In this document: positions 17,111-25,853 of the stretch, in pieces | Position numbering within the stretch: the first letter of the stretch is position 1 | Layout: each line of letters begins with the position of its first letter | Notes under the pieces: generated by a model | What the model saw: the letters and a program-made list of their open reading frames with translations, nothing else | Database searches by the model: none | What the model was told of the DNA's origin: nothing | Source of the DNA: a virus | Taxonomy: Duplodnaviria > Caudoviricetes | Direction: 5' to 3' (one strand) | Virus record (IMG/VR): IMGVR_UViG_3300020045_009886 | Span: 1-34,977 of that record | DNA length: 34,977 nucleotides | Program-made: the position numbers and the translations under genes

Positions 17111-17524
17111 ATGAAAATCAGCAAACCGAAGCTTAGCTCGGAGCGAACCGCGCTCGTCAGGGCAATTTTAGATATTTTAAAGCTCGCATCGTCTGCCTAT
17201 CTCGGTCACGACAAGCTTGGTGATAGCGGCTCTGATCTCATAGTCGGGATGGCCATTATCATCGGCCACGCCGACGGCAAGCCGATGACGGCAACAGACA
17301 TTTCGAATTATATCGGAATGCCTAGAACTACCGTGCTGCGCAGGCTGAATTTGCTGATTGCGAATAATATAGTTGAAGTCATCGATGACAGAGGCCGTCT
17401 CTGCTTCGTTCTGACCAAGATCAATGACCCGAAAGTATTGGACAATTTTTTACATATAGCCCGTAAAGCGATTGCATCTGCTGATGTGCTGTCCAAAATG
17501 GACGGTAAAGCTATAGACGAATAA
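17111..17524 (+). CDS. winged-helix transcriptional regulator
   Basis: MTATDISNYIGMPRTTVLRRLNLL HTH. Confidence 0.75.
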   Translation: MKISKPKLSSERTALVRAILDILKLASSAYLGHDKLGDSGSDLIVGMAIIIGHADGKPMTATDISNYIGMPRTTVLRRLNLLIANNIVEVIDDRGRLCFVLTKINDPKVLDNFLHIARKAIASADVLSKMDGKAIDE

Positions 17525-17590
17525 AACTGTTTGCCCCTTCTTCATTGCGTCGCCAGCACGGCGAATCACAAGGAAGGGCAGGCATATACG

Positions 17591-17815
17591 ATGACGACCG
17601 ACGAAATTTCAGCCATCCAGTCCGAGCTGGGTCTTTCAGACGGTAAGATTGCAATCGCACTATGCGTTACCCGCCAGACTTTTAGGAACTGGCGAAAGGG
17701 CGGGAAATGCCCTGAATTTTCACAGAACGCGCTGCGATGGATGATGGAATTGCGCAGGCTTGATCCTTCAAATGACAACCTGCCCGCAGCGGTCAGAGCC
17801 ACCGCCAATGAGTGA
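17591..17815 (+). CDS. XRE-family HTH regulator
   Basis: IQSELGLSDGKIAIALCVTRQTFRNWRKG; ATG at 17591. Confidence 0.75.
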   Translation: MTTDEISAIQSELGLSDGKIAIALCVTRQTFRNWRKGGKCPEFSQNALRWMMELRRLDPSNDNLPAAVRATANE

Positions 17816-18021
17816 ACCAGACCCGATGGGGATGGCGCTGCTGATCGGCGTGAATAACCTCATCTGCTTCGGCATAGGCATCCTTGCCGCCTGGGCATTT
17901 GGCAACTAGCGACAAGCCGAGGCAATCTGCCTCGGCTTTTTGTTTGCGCCAGCGGTACAACATAAAGCCCAACTGATAACGGCTTGCTGGATAAGCCACT
18001 ACGATTGCAGTATTTTTTGAA

Positions 18022-18072
18022 TTAAGCCGTCCAGTCCATGAGCGGCGCGACAGAAAATCTGCGGTTCAACAT
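18022..18072 (-). pseudogene. second dusA 5' replacement fragment
   Basis: translates MLNRRFSVAPLMDWTA*. Confidence 0.65.
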
Positions 18073-18230
18073 TTTTCACAACACGCAAAACGTTTACAGA
18101 TTTTATCTAGATTTTTCAGCAGCTTAGTTCTATAGCTCGTCCAGTCCATCATGGGCGCGATGCTGAATAGCCGTTTCACGTTCTGGCTGCTAACTATTTG
18201 TTTCGGCAATCTATTTCCCCTATCCTGCAT
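18066..18230 (-). pseudogene. dusA 5' replacement fragment
   Basis: translates MQDRGNRLPKQIVSSQNVKRLFSIAPMMDWT, then unrelated sequence; FS(I/V)APMxDWT is the DusA N-terminal signature. Confidence 0.8.
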
Positions 18231-18326
18231 AACCATCCACCCAAAATACCCCTCGCTGTTGAACCGTTTTTCAAGTAGGAATACAACATTCCAGCCAACA
18301 CGGCGGCATGTTGTACCGAGGATCGA

Positions 18327-19457
18327 ATGGCTAGCATCACAGAGCGCAAACGAAAAGACGGCTCATCGGCCTTTATGGCGCAGATCATGATCAAGCGAGA
18401 AGGCGTCATACTGCACCGTGAAAACAAGACGTTTGACACCCGCCGCAAGGCCGCAGCATGGGCAGCTAGGCGAGAGGATGAGCTAGACCAGCCAGACGCA
18501 CTCAGCCCGCCAAATGATCCAACGCTGGCCGACGTGATCGAGAAATACACCAGCGATACGCGCAAGGAAATCGGACGCACCAAAGCTCAAGTGCTGCGCG
18601 CCATCAAGGCGACCGACCTAGGCCGCATGCGCTGTAGCAGGATCGCCAGCAAGGACGTGATCACCTTCGCCAATAAGCTGGCGGGAACGATGCAGCCACA
18701 GACTGTAGCCAACTACCTATCGCACCTTGGCGCGGTGTTCGCCATAGCCCGCCCAGCGTGGGGATTCCCGCTCGATCAGCAGGCGATGCGAGATGCCTTC
18801 GTAGTAGCCAAGCGGCTCGGCGTCACAGGCAAGAGCCATCAGCGCGACCGCAGGCCGACCGTCGATGAGATAGGGAAGCTGGCGGATCACTTCGACAAAG
18901 TGCGTTCGCGGAGGGTGGACAGCGTGCCGATGCGCGACGTGATGATGTTCGCCTTGTTCAGCACTAGGCGGCAAGAGGAAATTACGCGAATCGTTTGGGC
19001 TGACTTTGATGAGGGCGGCAAGCGGGTGATGGTGCGCGATATGAAACACCCAGGCGACAAGCTAGGCAACGATCAATGGGTCGATCTACCGCCAGAGGCA
19101 ATCGCCATCATCAAGCGACAGCCACGGACTAAAGCCGAGATTTTCCCCTACTCGACCGACGCAATCGGCGCGGCGTTCACCAGAGCATGCAAGGTGCTGG
19201 CGATCAGCGACTTACATTTTCACGACTTGAGGCATGAGGGCGTATCGCGGCTTTTTGAAATGGGATGGAATATCCCGCACGTTGCTTCGGTATCAGGACA
19301 CAGAAGCTGGTCGTCGTTAAAGCGGTATACCCACATGCGCCAGACTGGCGACAAGTGGGCTGGTTACGGCGCTGGTGATGCCACCGGCAATGATCGGCAC
19401 CCAATGGATGCGGCCTCCCATTTGGTGCCGTATGATTCTGCAGACTCAAAATCCTGA
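18327..19457 (+). CDS. int: tyrosine integrase, dusA-associated type
   Basis: RRQEEI (R), K, FHDLRHEG (HxxR), SGHRSW, KRY (Y); divergent from the dusA fragments. Confidence 0.92.
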   Translation: MASITERKRKDGSSAFMAQIMIKREGVILHRENKTFDTRRKAAAWAARREDELDQPDALSPPNDPTLADVIEKYTSDTRKEIGRTKAQVLRAIKATDLGRMRCSRIASKDVITFANKLAGTMQPQTVANYLSHLGAVFAIARPAWGFPLDQQAMRDAFVVAKRLGVTGKSHQRDRRPTVDEIGKLADHFDKVRSRRVDSVPMRDVMMFALFSTRRQEEITRIVWADFDEGGKRVMVRDMKHPGDKLGNDQWVDLPPEAIAIIKRQPRTKAEIFPYSTDAIGAAFTRACKVLAISDLHFHDLRHEGVSRLFEMGWNIPHVASVSGHRSWSSLKRYTHMRQTGDKWAGYGAGDATGNDRHPMDAASHLVPYDSADSKS

Positions 19458-19645
19458 AAAAGCACCACGGCGGCAGCTTTGCTGTCAGCCTCTGTTATAG
19501 GCTTCGGCAGCTTTGCGAATCGGTAAATTGGCTTCTGCGGCGTTTCGCCCAAGCAGGAAACGGGAACTTGAACGTGAATCGCTGGCGGCGTGTTTGCGCA
19601 ACCAGTCACAAAAAGAGACAGCAGCAATACAAGGACGGCTTTCAT
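19364..19645 (-). CDS. o-spanin (Rz1-like lipoprotein)
   Basis: MKAVLVLLLSLFVTGC lipobox, Pro-rich; last gene of the lysis cassette. Confidence 0.75.
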   Translation of the reverse strand: MKAVLVLLLSLFVTGCANTPPAIHVQVPVSCLGETPQKPIYRFAKLPKPITEADSKAAAVVLFQDFESAESYGTKWEAASIGCRSLPVASPAP

Positions 19646-20019
19646 TGGCGTAGCTCCCAAAGCTGGCCAATCGTATCAGCGCAATTACTGGCGACGATCT
19701 TATCTGCCTTTGCTGAGCGCGTAGCAGACTGCCGCAGTAGCTCGGCAGCGAGTTCCTGAGCCTGAGCCCTAGCAAGTCCAGCGGCGGTCGCTGCGTCCTC
19801 AAGCGTGCGCTGATTGTGCTCGGCCTGCTGAATTTCAAGCGCTTGATCGGAGACTTTCTTTTCGAGCTTTGAAATTTTATCGCTAAAATCAGCGCGGAGA
19901 AAAACGCGGCCAACCGACCAGCCGACCATGCCGCCAGCGATAATCAGCCCGACGCAAATCCCGCCGACGATCCAGGCTTTTGCCGCAGCGAAAGTCGGCA
20001 GCGTAAAAGGTAACGTCAT
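19642..20019 (-). CDS. i-spanin (Rz-like)
   Basis: N-terminal TM segment followed by an Ala-rich coiled coil with a C-terminal Cys. Confidence 0.72.
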   Translation of the reverse strand: MTLPFTLPTFAAAKAWIVGGICVGLIIAGGMVGWSVGRVFLRADFSDKISKLEKKVSDQALEIQQAEHNQRTLEDAATAAGLARAQAQELAAELLRQSATRSAKADKIVASNCADTIGQLWELRQ

Positions 20020-20258
20020 TTCGTTGCTCCAGAATTCAAGGCGTTATCCTTGTAGGATTTTACGACCTGAACCGTTTTATCAACAGTGGCGTGGCCAATG
20101 GCAAAGCTGCCGTAAATAATCCAAAGCTCCGCATTGAAACCGTGACGCCAGCTTAGGTAAGCGAAGTTTCCGGCCATCAATGCATGAGCGGTAGAAGCTG
20201 CCAACTTGGTCAAAGAAAGCGAGCCATCAGGGCTAGTAACAATTTCGGCTAGTCGCAC
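20016..20258 (-). CDS. putative holin
   Basis: 80 aa, two hydrophobic helices, DGSLSLTKL motif; between lysin and spanins. Confidence 0.6.
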   Translation of the reverse strand: MRLAEIVTSPDGSLSLTKLAASTAHALMAGNFAYLSWRHGFNAELWIIYGSFAIGHATVDKTVQVVKSYKDNALNSGATK

Positions 20259-20668
20259 TATTTAATCTCGATGGTAATTTTCTCGTTGTTGTTTGCCGCC
20301 TTCTGCAGCTTGGCAAACAGCTCATCAAACGCCAGCTTCGAGCCGCCAACAAAATCAACGCCGCGAGTCGAGCCAGGCAGGATGCAGCCCTCAGTATCAG
20401 CCGCCGTGTTGCCTGGGTGGATTCGAATGCCATCAAACTGCGGCACGTTACCGAGCAACGGAAGCGGCTTTTTAAATCGATTGCTCAGCGTGATAGTGAC
20501 GCGGTAAGTGCCGCGAGGAATGCAGCTTGCGCCCTTGATTTTCTCGCCGCCATTCTCAATCTGGCGGTCGATATCTTCCAATGTGTAGCATTGAAATTTG
20601 TCGTCAATATACAACTTGCCGATAGTTGATTTTGCTGTGATCGTATCGCGCTCAAGTCGAAGCTTCAT
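20258..20668 (-). CDS. DUF5675-family putative endolysin
   Basis: TIGKLY, CYTLED, CIPRGTY, GIRIHPGNT..DTEGCIL; occupies the endolysin slot. Confidence 0.72.
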   Translation of the reverse strand: MKLRLERDTITAKSTIGKLYIDDKFQCYTLEDIDRQIENGGEKIKGASCIPRGTYRVTITLSNRFKKPLPLLGNVPQFDGIRIHPGNTAADTEGCILPGSTRGVDFVGGSKLAFDELFAKLQKAANNNEKITIEIK

Positions 20669-21083
20669 TTTTTTGACCCTCTCGATTAAATTGCTTTGTC
20701 ATCAAATTCAAAACCATGCGCTGATGCTCAGGTGCTAGACTTAATGCGCCCGCATCAATCAAGTGATTAAATAGCCCGATCAGCGATAGAACGTGTTCTT
20801 CCAGATCGTGGATGCGTTCACTAAGGGCAGGAAGCTCGGCAAGTCGTTCCATTTCAGCGGCCTTCTCCTTGACCAAGCGCTGAATAGTTAATTCTTTGGC
20901 TTCAAGCTGGTCATCTTTGCGTGACAGTTCTTCGCGCAGGCTCTTGATGACGTCGTTTTCAGCAGCGTCAGAACGATGCCCGCGCACCTCGCCCCTAAAA
21001 AGTCGAACAACATGCAACAGCAGCCAAGCGCCTAGACCTACGCCAGCGCTGCCAAATAGAACGGTGTCTTTATCAAGGGGCAT
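20652..21083 (-). CDS. membrane-anchored coiled-coil protein (holin/antiholin candidate)
   Basis: one N-terminal TM segment then a charged coiled coil; first gene of the lysis cassette. Confidence 0.55.
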   Translation of the reverse strand: MPLDKDTVLFGSAGVGLGAWLLLHVVRLFRGEVRGHRSDAAENDVIKSLREELSRKDDQLEAKELTIQRLVKEKAAEMERLAELPALSERIHDLEEHVLSLIGLFNHLIDAGALSLAPEHQRMVLNLMTKQFNREGQKNEAST

Positions 21084-21167
21084 AGGCAGATTAAATCATT
21101 TTGAAGGAATATACCGTGAATTGTATCACAGCATTATCGCTTGACTATGCCGCTGTAAAGATAGCTA

Positions 21168-22139
21168 TTAACTTGCCTCAAGTTCCAGCGTATTAATATA
21201 CCCGCTAGCGCTCATGGAATGGGTAACTTGATTTACTACCCAACCGCTGCCGTCGATGCCATCGCGGAAGCCGATTATCTCCGCCTTGCATTCTGCCGCC
21301 AGCTTTGGATCGCCAATGAACCCGCTAATCTGCAGCGTCGATGCGCCACGGCCTAGCCCGTTTAGTTTGCTATTTGCCGCCTGTTTTGCCTCTTCGGCAT
21401 TCCTATAACTGTTTTTTAGCGTCAGCACTGGCGAGCCGCTGCCAGCCGTGACGCCTGTTCGCTTGGATTTCCCAATGTCTTGATAAAATGCTTTCACTGA
21501 TTTATAGCTATTGCGCTTGCTAATATTAGCGCTCCATCCAGCACAATCGCCCGCATTGATAGTAATTTTTGGCAAGTCTTTCCCGCTATTGCTTTTCCCG
21601 CTACCATGATCCGCAATGATTAGCCTGCCTGATGCGCACTTCATTGTCGCGCCTTGCTCCGTGCAAATACGAGACAAAAGCTGCATATCGCTCTCGGTCT
21701 GGTCGATGTGGCCTAGGTCGCGTGCGGCAAGCTTCGCGCTGATGCTCGGCTTTAAATCGTGCTCCTTCGCAATTTTTTTCACAAGGTCGCCAAACTTGAT
21801 GTTGTGAAAACTGCGTTCCTTTGGCGACTTGATGCCGCCATTCATATCGGCAGCATTAGCATGAATCGTTAGCGTGCGTAGCGGGCCGGACACAGAAACC
21901 TCGTCTACAGCGTAGGTTCCACGGTCAACCAGCTCAGAGCCAACATAGCCCAGCCATACCTGCAATTTTGCGCCAGTTTTTGGGAACGTAAATCGCTGGT
22001 CTTGATCGTCCAGCTCAAGGCTCAACGTGTCGGATTTTACGCCAGCCCGATCAGTGATATCGAGTTGAATCAGCCGCTCAGCAATCAGCGCAGTGATGTC
22101 GCCCTGGCCAACAACTTCAATCTTGAATGTAGGCTGCAT
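21168..22139 (-). CDS. baseplate hub, P2 gpD-like
   Basis: DITALIAERL..L.ITD..G..SD.L.L.LDD, LGY, QTESDMQLLSR; start MQPTF. Confidence 0.85.
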   Translation of the reverse strand: MQPTFKIEVVGQGDITALIAERLIQLDITDRAGVKSDTLSLELDDQDQRFTFPKTGAKLQVWLGYVGSELVDRGTYAVDEVSVSGPLRTLTIHANAADMNGGIKSPKERSFHNIKFGDLVKKIAKEHDLKPSISAKLAARDLGHIDQTESDMQLLSRICTEQGATMKCASGRLIIADHGSGKSNSGKDLPKITINAGDCAGWSANISKRNSYKSVKAFYQDIGKSKRTGVTAGSGSPVLTLKNSYRNAEEAKQAANSKLNGLGRGASTLQISGFIGDPKLAAECKAEIIGFRDGIDGSGWVVNQVTHSMSASGYINTLELEAS

Positions 22140-22140
22140 A

Positions 22141-22356
22141 TCAATCCCAAAGGCTAACAGTAGGCGGCGCGATAACTGGCACAGCAAGCTCAGGCAAAAT
22201 GATCCGCGTGTTTATAGGTATAACCGCGCCAAGGTCGGCTAGCCCAGCATTAGCGGCCAATACCGCCTCTACCGCACCAGACTGGCGATCATAAAACCGC
22301 CAGCAAATAAAATCGACGGTATCGCCCTGCGCAGTGATATATGCTGAATCAGCCAT
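22141..22356 (-). CDS. tail protein X (P2 gpX, LysM-like)
   Basis: QGDTVD.ICWRFY, VLAAN.GLA, V.LWD end. Confidence 0.9.
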   Translation of the reverse strand: MADSAYITAQGDTVDFICWRFYDRQSGAVEAVLAANAGLADLGAVIPINTRIILPELAVPVIAPPTVSLWD

Positions 22357-23335
22357 TCAAAATATCCTTAACATAAGATGCCGCTTTCGAAATACTTCCC
22401 GCGCTGGTGGATAAATCATTCACGCTCTTGCTGATATTGGTAGCCTGCTGCGCAAAGACCGTATTGATAGAGCCACCATTATAGACCGCTGATGCACCGG
22501 CGATAGAGCTGGCCGCTTTGCTAAGCGCACCGGATGTATTTAGCGCTACCGTCTGCATGTTTTCCATAGCGCTAGTCATAGCAAGAACGTTGCCATCAGC
22601 TGCTTTCACCATTTCAATTGCGCGGTTCATATTGCTATAGAGCGCGGTAATCGCCTTTACTTGATTGATAGTTGATTTCAATAACTTGCCAGCATCCGTC
22701 GCTATCAACCCGTCATATGTGGATTTTACTTGCCCGACAAAATCAGTGGCTACGTTACCCACTGACGTTCCCATAGACAGCGCCCCAGACATATCGCCTG
22801 GCAATATGGCAGACGCTGAGGCAGATAGCCCCGCCGTGCTTGTGACAAGCAGCGCATTTGACCCAGCTAGCTCGAAGCCAGGCACGTTCCTAATTTCGGC
22901 AAGCTGTGCCGCGCTATTTGTCGCTGCAGCGATACCTGCATCGTCGCCGTATTCCAGCAGCGTCATATCGAACTCAATTTTCCTCGGCGTTCCGTTGCTA
23001 AAAAGCACGGTGCGCGTTTCAGAGATTTCCGTAACGCACCACAGGCCGCAATACTGCCCAACGTTCTCAAACGCATAAATCAGCGTCAGCGGCTTGCCAT
23101 TTGCCGCTTGCGCACGCAAAGCGCCGATCTGCCCAAGCCCGCCCCGAAAATGCGGGTAAATTTCGCCAGATAGCGTTATTGTATCAGCACCCTGCCCCGT
23201 GTTTTGCAGCGCTGGCTTCTTGCCAATTCTGTCTTGAGCTTGCCAGCGGTAAGTCGATACGCGCTTGAGCGTTTGGAATGCAGCAGTATCAAGCCCAAAC
23301 ATAAAGCTGCCAAGCTTTGCCATGTATGTGTTCAT
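22349..23335 (-). CDS. P2 gpU-like tail protein with long C-terminal extension
   Basis: LGSFMF, YRW...RIG..PALQ.TG.G.DTITLSG.IYP, PRKIEF in the first ~130 aa. Confidence 0.8.
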   Translation of the reverse strand: MNTYMAKLGSFMFGLDTAAFQTLKRVSTYRWQAQDRIGKKPALQNTGQGADTITLSGEIYPHFRGGLGQIGALRAQAANGKPLTLIYAFENVGQYCGLWCVTEISETRTVLFSNGTPRKIEFDMTLLEYGDDAGIAAATNSAAQLAEIRNVPGFELAGSNALLVTSTAGLSASASAILPGDMSGALSMGTSVGNVATDFVGQVKSTYDGLIATDAGKLLKSTINQVKAITALYSNMNRAIEMVKAADGNVLAMTSAMENMQTVALNTSGALSKAASSIAGASAVYNGGSINTVFAQQATNISKSVNDLSTSAGSISKAASYVKDILNG

Positions 23336-23337
23336 AT

Positions 23338-25662
23338 TTAATAGCCTGGTTTGTCAAACATTAGACTGCGCTGATCCCGCTCTGCTTTCTTAGCCGCTTC
23401 GCGCACTGCAAATTCTACAGCAGATTTCATCTTGAGCGGGTCATCACTAGGCGGTGCCGTTACCTGAACGCTGTAGCTGTTTGTAATTGTCATATTAGGG
23501 CGCGACTGCGCGGCCTTAGCAGCGTCGCCTGCAGACTTCGCTGCAGCATCAGTGGCGGCTTTGTTGTCGAGATATTTTTTAACCCAATTCTCGACGTTAG
23601 CAGGCTTGGCATTCTCGACGCCGCCGAACTGATAGAAAGGCGACTGTGTTTGATATGCCTGATTGAGCGTGTCCATGCCGTACTGCTTTTTGAGCCTAGC
23701 AAAGTGCGCCTTTTCAGCGTTGATGCTCTTTTCAATAATCGCATCTTCTTCCTTGCTGGTGAAGTTTGCTATGCTTGTAGCTGCCATTAGTGGCCCAGCC
23801 AGTTTCCCAGCAATTCCCAAAAATCCAGCGCCTTTTGCTGCGCCTGCTGCAGTTGCAGCAGCACCAGTGCCAGCACCAGCCGTCGCAGCAGTAGCCCCGC
23901 TAGTCAGCAACTTGTACCCGCCAACACCCAAGCCAGCCGCAGCGAGAGCACCGAGCGCAGTAGCCGCAGAATACGCCGCAGTGGTGAGATTAGGGTAAGC
24001 GACAGCAGCCTCGTTCAGCTTGTCGATAACCGATGAAAGCGGCCCATTGATTTTGTTGAATGTGTCCTCATTGGCCTTATCGATGTTGTTGCTAAGCATT
24101 TGTGTCTTGGCAAAGGTTTCGCCTTGCAAATTCACAAGCGACGAATTAACACCGCCCTTGCCATTCAATGCGTAATCGACTTGGGCTTGTGCAATTGTCT
24201 TGCTTGGGTCGCGTTCGTCCTTGCGCTTGCGTGCATCTACCATCGCTAGAGCAGCCGCAAGTGCTTGGCGGTCTTGAATGAATTGGCCCATCTGCGAGCC
24301 TTCCATCATTGCCGCCATTTCTTTGATCTTGACAGCGCGTTCCTCTGGAGTTTTAGCGCTTTCGGATTGCTTCTTTAGCGCGGCATAACTCTTGTCCTTC
24401 ATCATCTGCTTGTCAGCAAGCATTGCAAAGGTTTCTGCCTTATAAATTCCTTTGCTTTGGTTTTCTAGCGCGACCTTATCGAAGTCCACACCTGTGACTT
24501 TTTTGATGTTCTTAGCCAGTTCCGGCGATGCTAACTTGTTCAGCAAATTGGTTACGTTGTTGGCGGCAGTCGTTGCATCGCCAGCCGTGCCAAGCGCAAT
24601 CTGATTCATCGCGCCGATTTCGGCCAAGCCGCGATTCCCGCTATACCCAGCCGAACGGCCTGCGGCCAATTGCTCGGGCAGGCTTTGCGCCATGTTTTTC
24701 AGCTCGACGCCGCCAACCTGTCCAGACCGGTAGAGCACGTCCAAGCCCGCGCCGGTATCAGACACGCCGAACGCCTTCATCTTGAGCGCCAAGTTAGCAA
24801 TCTGCTCCGCTGGCGTGTCGCTGGCGAATGCAGTTTTCATGATCGAAGGCAGCGCAGCGCCCGCCTCTTGAACGCCCATGCCGCCGCCAGAGATAAGCGA
24901 ACTCAAGCCGGAAATAGCGCTTTCGCGAGTGCCGCCTTTAGTGGCTGCAAGTGCCGCCTGTACCGCGCCAGATAGAGCGGCCTTCGATGCTTTGTAATCG
25001 CCACCACCAGCCACCGCCGTATCAGATAGCCGCGCTAGAGATTCGTCATAGTTGATCGCTTTTTTGGTCGGCTGCGCCAGTACCGCACCAGCCGCAATAG
25101 TGCCAGTAACAGCCGCTCCCGTAGCGTGCCACGCCTTAGCGGATGCGCTCAAAACGCGCCCGATGTTTTGCACAAGTTTTTGCTGGCGAGCTAGCGACCG
25201 CTCTGTCTCAATCTGCTTAGCATTTGCCTTGCCGACTTCGGCTTGTAGGCGGCGATATTCCTTTGACAGATTTCCGACGTTGACGCCAGCACGCTGCAGC
25301 TCGCGCGCCATATCGGCTGCTTTGGTACGCGCTTCGGTATAAGCAGCGCCAGCGCGTTTTGCCGCACGCTCAGCGGCGTCCAGCGCAGCAGCCTGGCGAC
25401 GGGTCGGCTTTTCACTGGCGGCAATCTCCGCCTTTAGCGCTGCGACTTTTGAGCGTGCATTGTTGAATGCTGCCGCTGATTCCTTGAGCGCATTTTGTTG
25501 CTTTCGGTACGCCTGAACATTACCGACTTTTGAAGATAGATCGCTCGCCGTTTTGCTGAGCGCCTGCATCCGCTTGTCGGCGTTGGAGAACGCTGCTGTG
25601 AAGCCGTTCTCCATCTTGGCATTGATTGAAACCTGAACTTGGCTTTTTGATTGATTTGCCAT
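23338..25662 (-). CDS. tail tape measure protein
   Basis: 774 aa Ala-rich helical protein between the chaperone and gpU. Confidence 0.88.
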   Translation of the reverse strand: MANQSKSQVQVSINAKMENGFTAAFSNADKRMQALSKTASDLSSKVGNVQAYRKQQNALKESAAAFNNARSKVAALKAEIAASEKPTRRQAAALDAAERAAKRAGAAYTEARTKAADMARELQRAGVNVGNLSKEYRRLQAEVGKANAKQIETERSLARQQKLVQNIGRVLSASAKAWHATGAAVTGTIAAGAVLAQPTKKAINYDESLARLSDTAVAGGGDYKASKAALSGAVQAALAATKGGTRESAISGLSSLISGGGMGVQEAGAALPSIMKTAFASDTPAEQIANLALKMKAFGVSDTGAGLDVLYRSGQVGGVELKNMAQSLPEQLAAGRSAGYSGNRGLAEIGAMNQIALGTAGDATTAANNVTNLLNKLASPELAKNIKKVTGVDFDKVALENQSKGIYKAETFAMLADKQMMKDKSYAALKKQSESAKTPEERAVKIKEMAAMMEGSQMGQFIQDRQALAAALAMVDARKRKDERDPSKTIAQAQVDYALNGKGGVNSSLVNLQGETFAKTQMLSNNIDKANEDTFNKINGPLSSVIDKLNEAAVAYPNLTTAAYSAATALGALAAAGLGVGGYKLLTSGATAATAGAGTGAAATAAGAAKGAGFLGIAGKLAGPLMAATSIANFTSKEEDAIIEKSINAEKAHFARLKKQYGMDTLNQAYQTQSPFYQFGGVENAKPANVENWVKKYLDNKAATDAAAKSAGDAAKAAQSRPNMTITNSYSVQVTAPPSDDPLKMKSAVEFAVREAAKKAERDQRSLMFDKPGY

Positions 25663-25675
25663 CGTATCACCTAAT

Positions 25676-25699
25676 AAAAACGGGGCTCGCAGCCCCGTT
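25676..25699 (-). terminator. terminator/attenuator before the tape measure gene
   Basis: minus strand AACGGGGCT-GCG-AGCCCCGTT followed by TTTATT. Confidence 0.65.
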
Positions 25700-25853
25700 A
25701 ATTTGCTGACGGCGATGTTCTTTCAATCGCCACATCGAGCCAGTCTTTTAAGTCGCTGAATGTCATTTTCATCAGGCTTTCAAACGGATAGCCAAACGAT
25801 ACAAGCGCATCAACAATGATCCGGAGTTCTTTTACTCCGGCTCTACGTTTCCC
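25698..25853 (-). CDS. tail assembly chaperone E' extension (-1 frameshift product)
   Basis: -1 frame from G-GGA-AAC (25853-25847) reads GKRRAGVKELRIIVDALVSFGYPFESLMKMTFSDLKDWLDVAIERTSPSAN*. Confidence 0.8.
   Translation of the reverse strand, partial: GKRRAGVKELRIIVDALVSFGYPFESLMKMTFSDLKDWLDVAIERTSPSAN

Larger units (their letters stand above)
17953..18318. other. attP region with two dusA-like cores and arm-type repeats
   Basis: CGTCCAGTCCAT-N4-GGCGCGA at 18028-18050 and 18138-18160; CGGTWCAACA repeats at 17953, 18062 (+) and 18256, 18308 (-). Confidence 0.8.

Noticed and set aside
17793-17999. 68-aa minus-strand ORF as an excisionase
   Set aside because: Position is suitable but no HTH/AlpA motif is recognisable and it overlaps an arm-like site; left uncalled.
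17953-18318. Mini CRISPR array or tRNA-derived att site
   Set aside because: Only two short repeats with ~87 bp between them, no cas genes, no cloverleaf; the repeats translate to the DusA signature.
18151-18583. ORFs 18151..18390 (+) and 18194..18583 (-)
   Set aside because: They overlap attP and the integrase and have no protein-like features.
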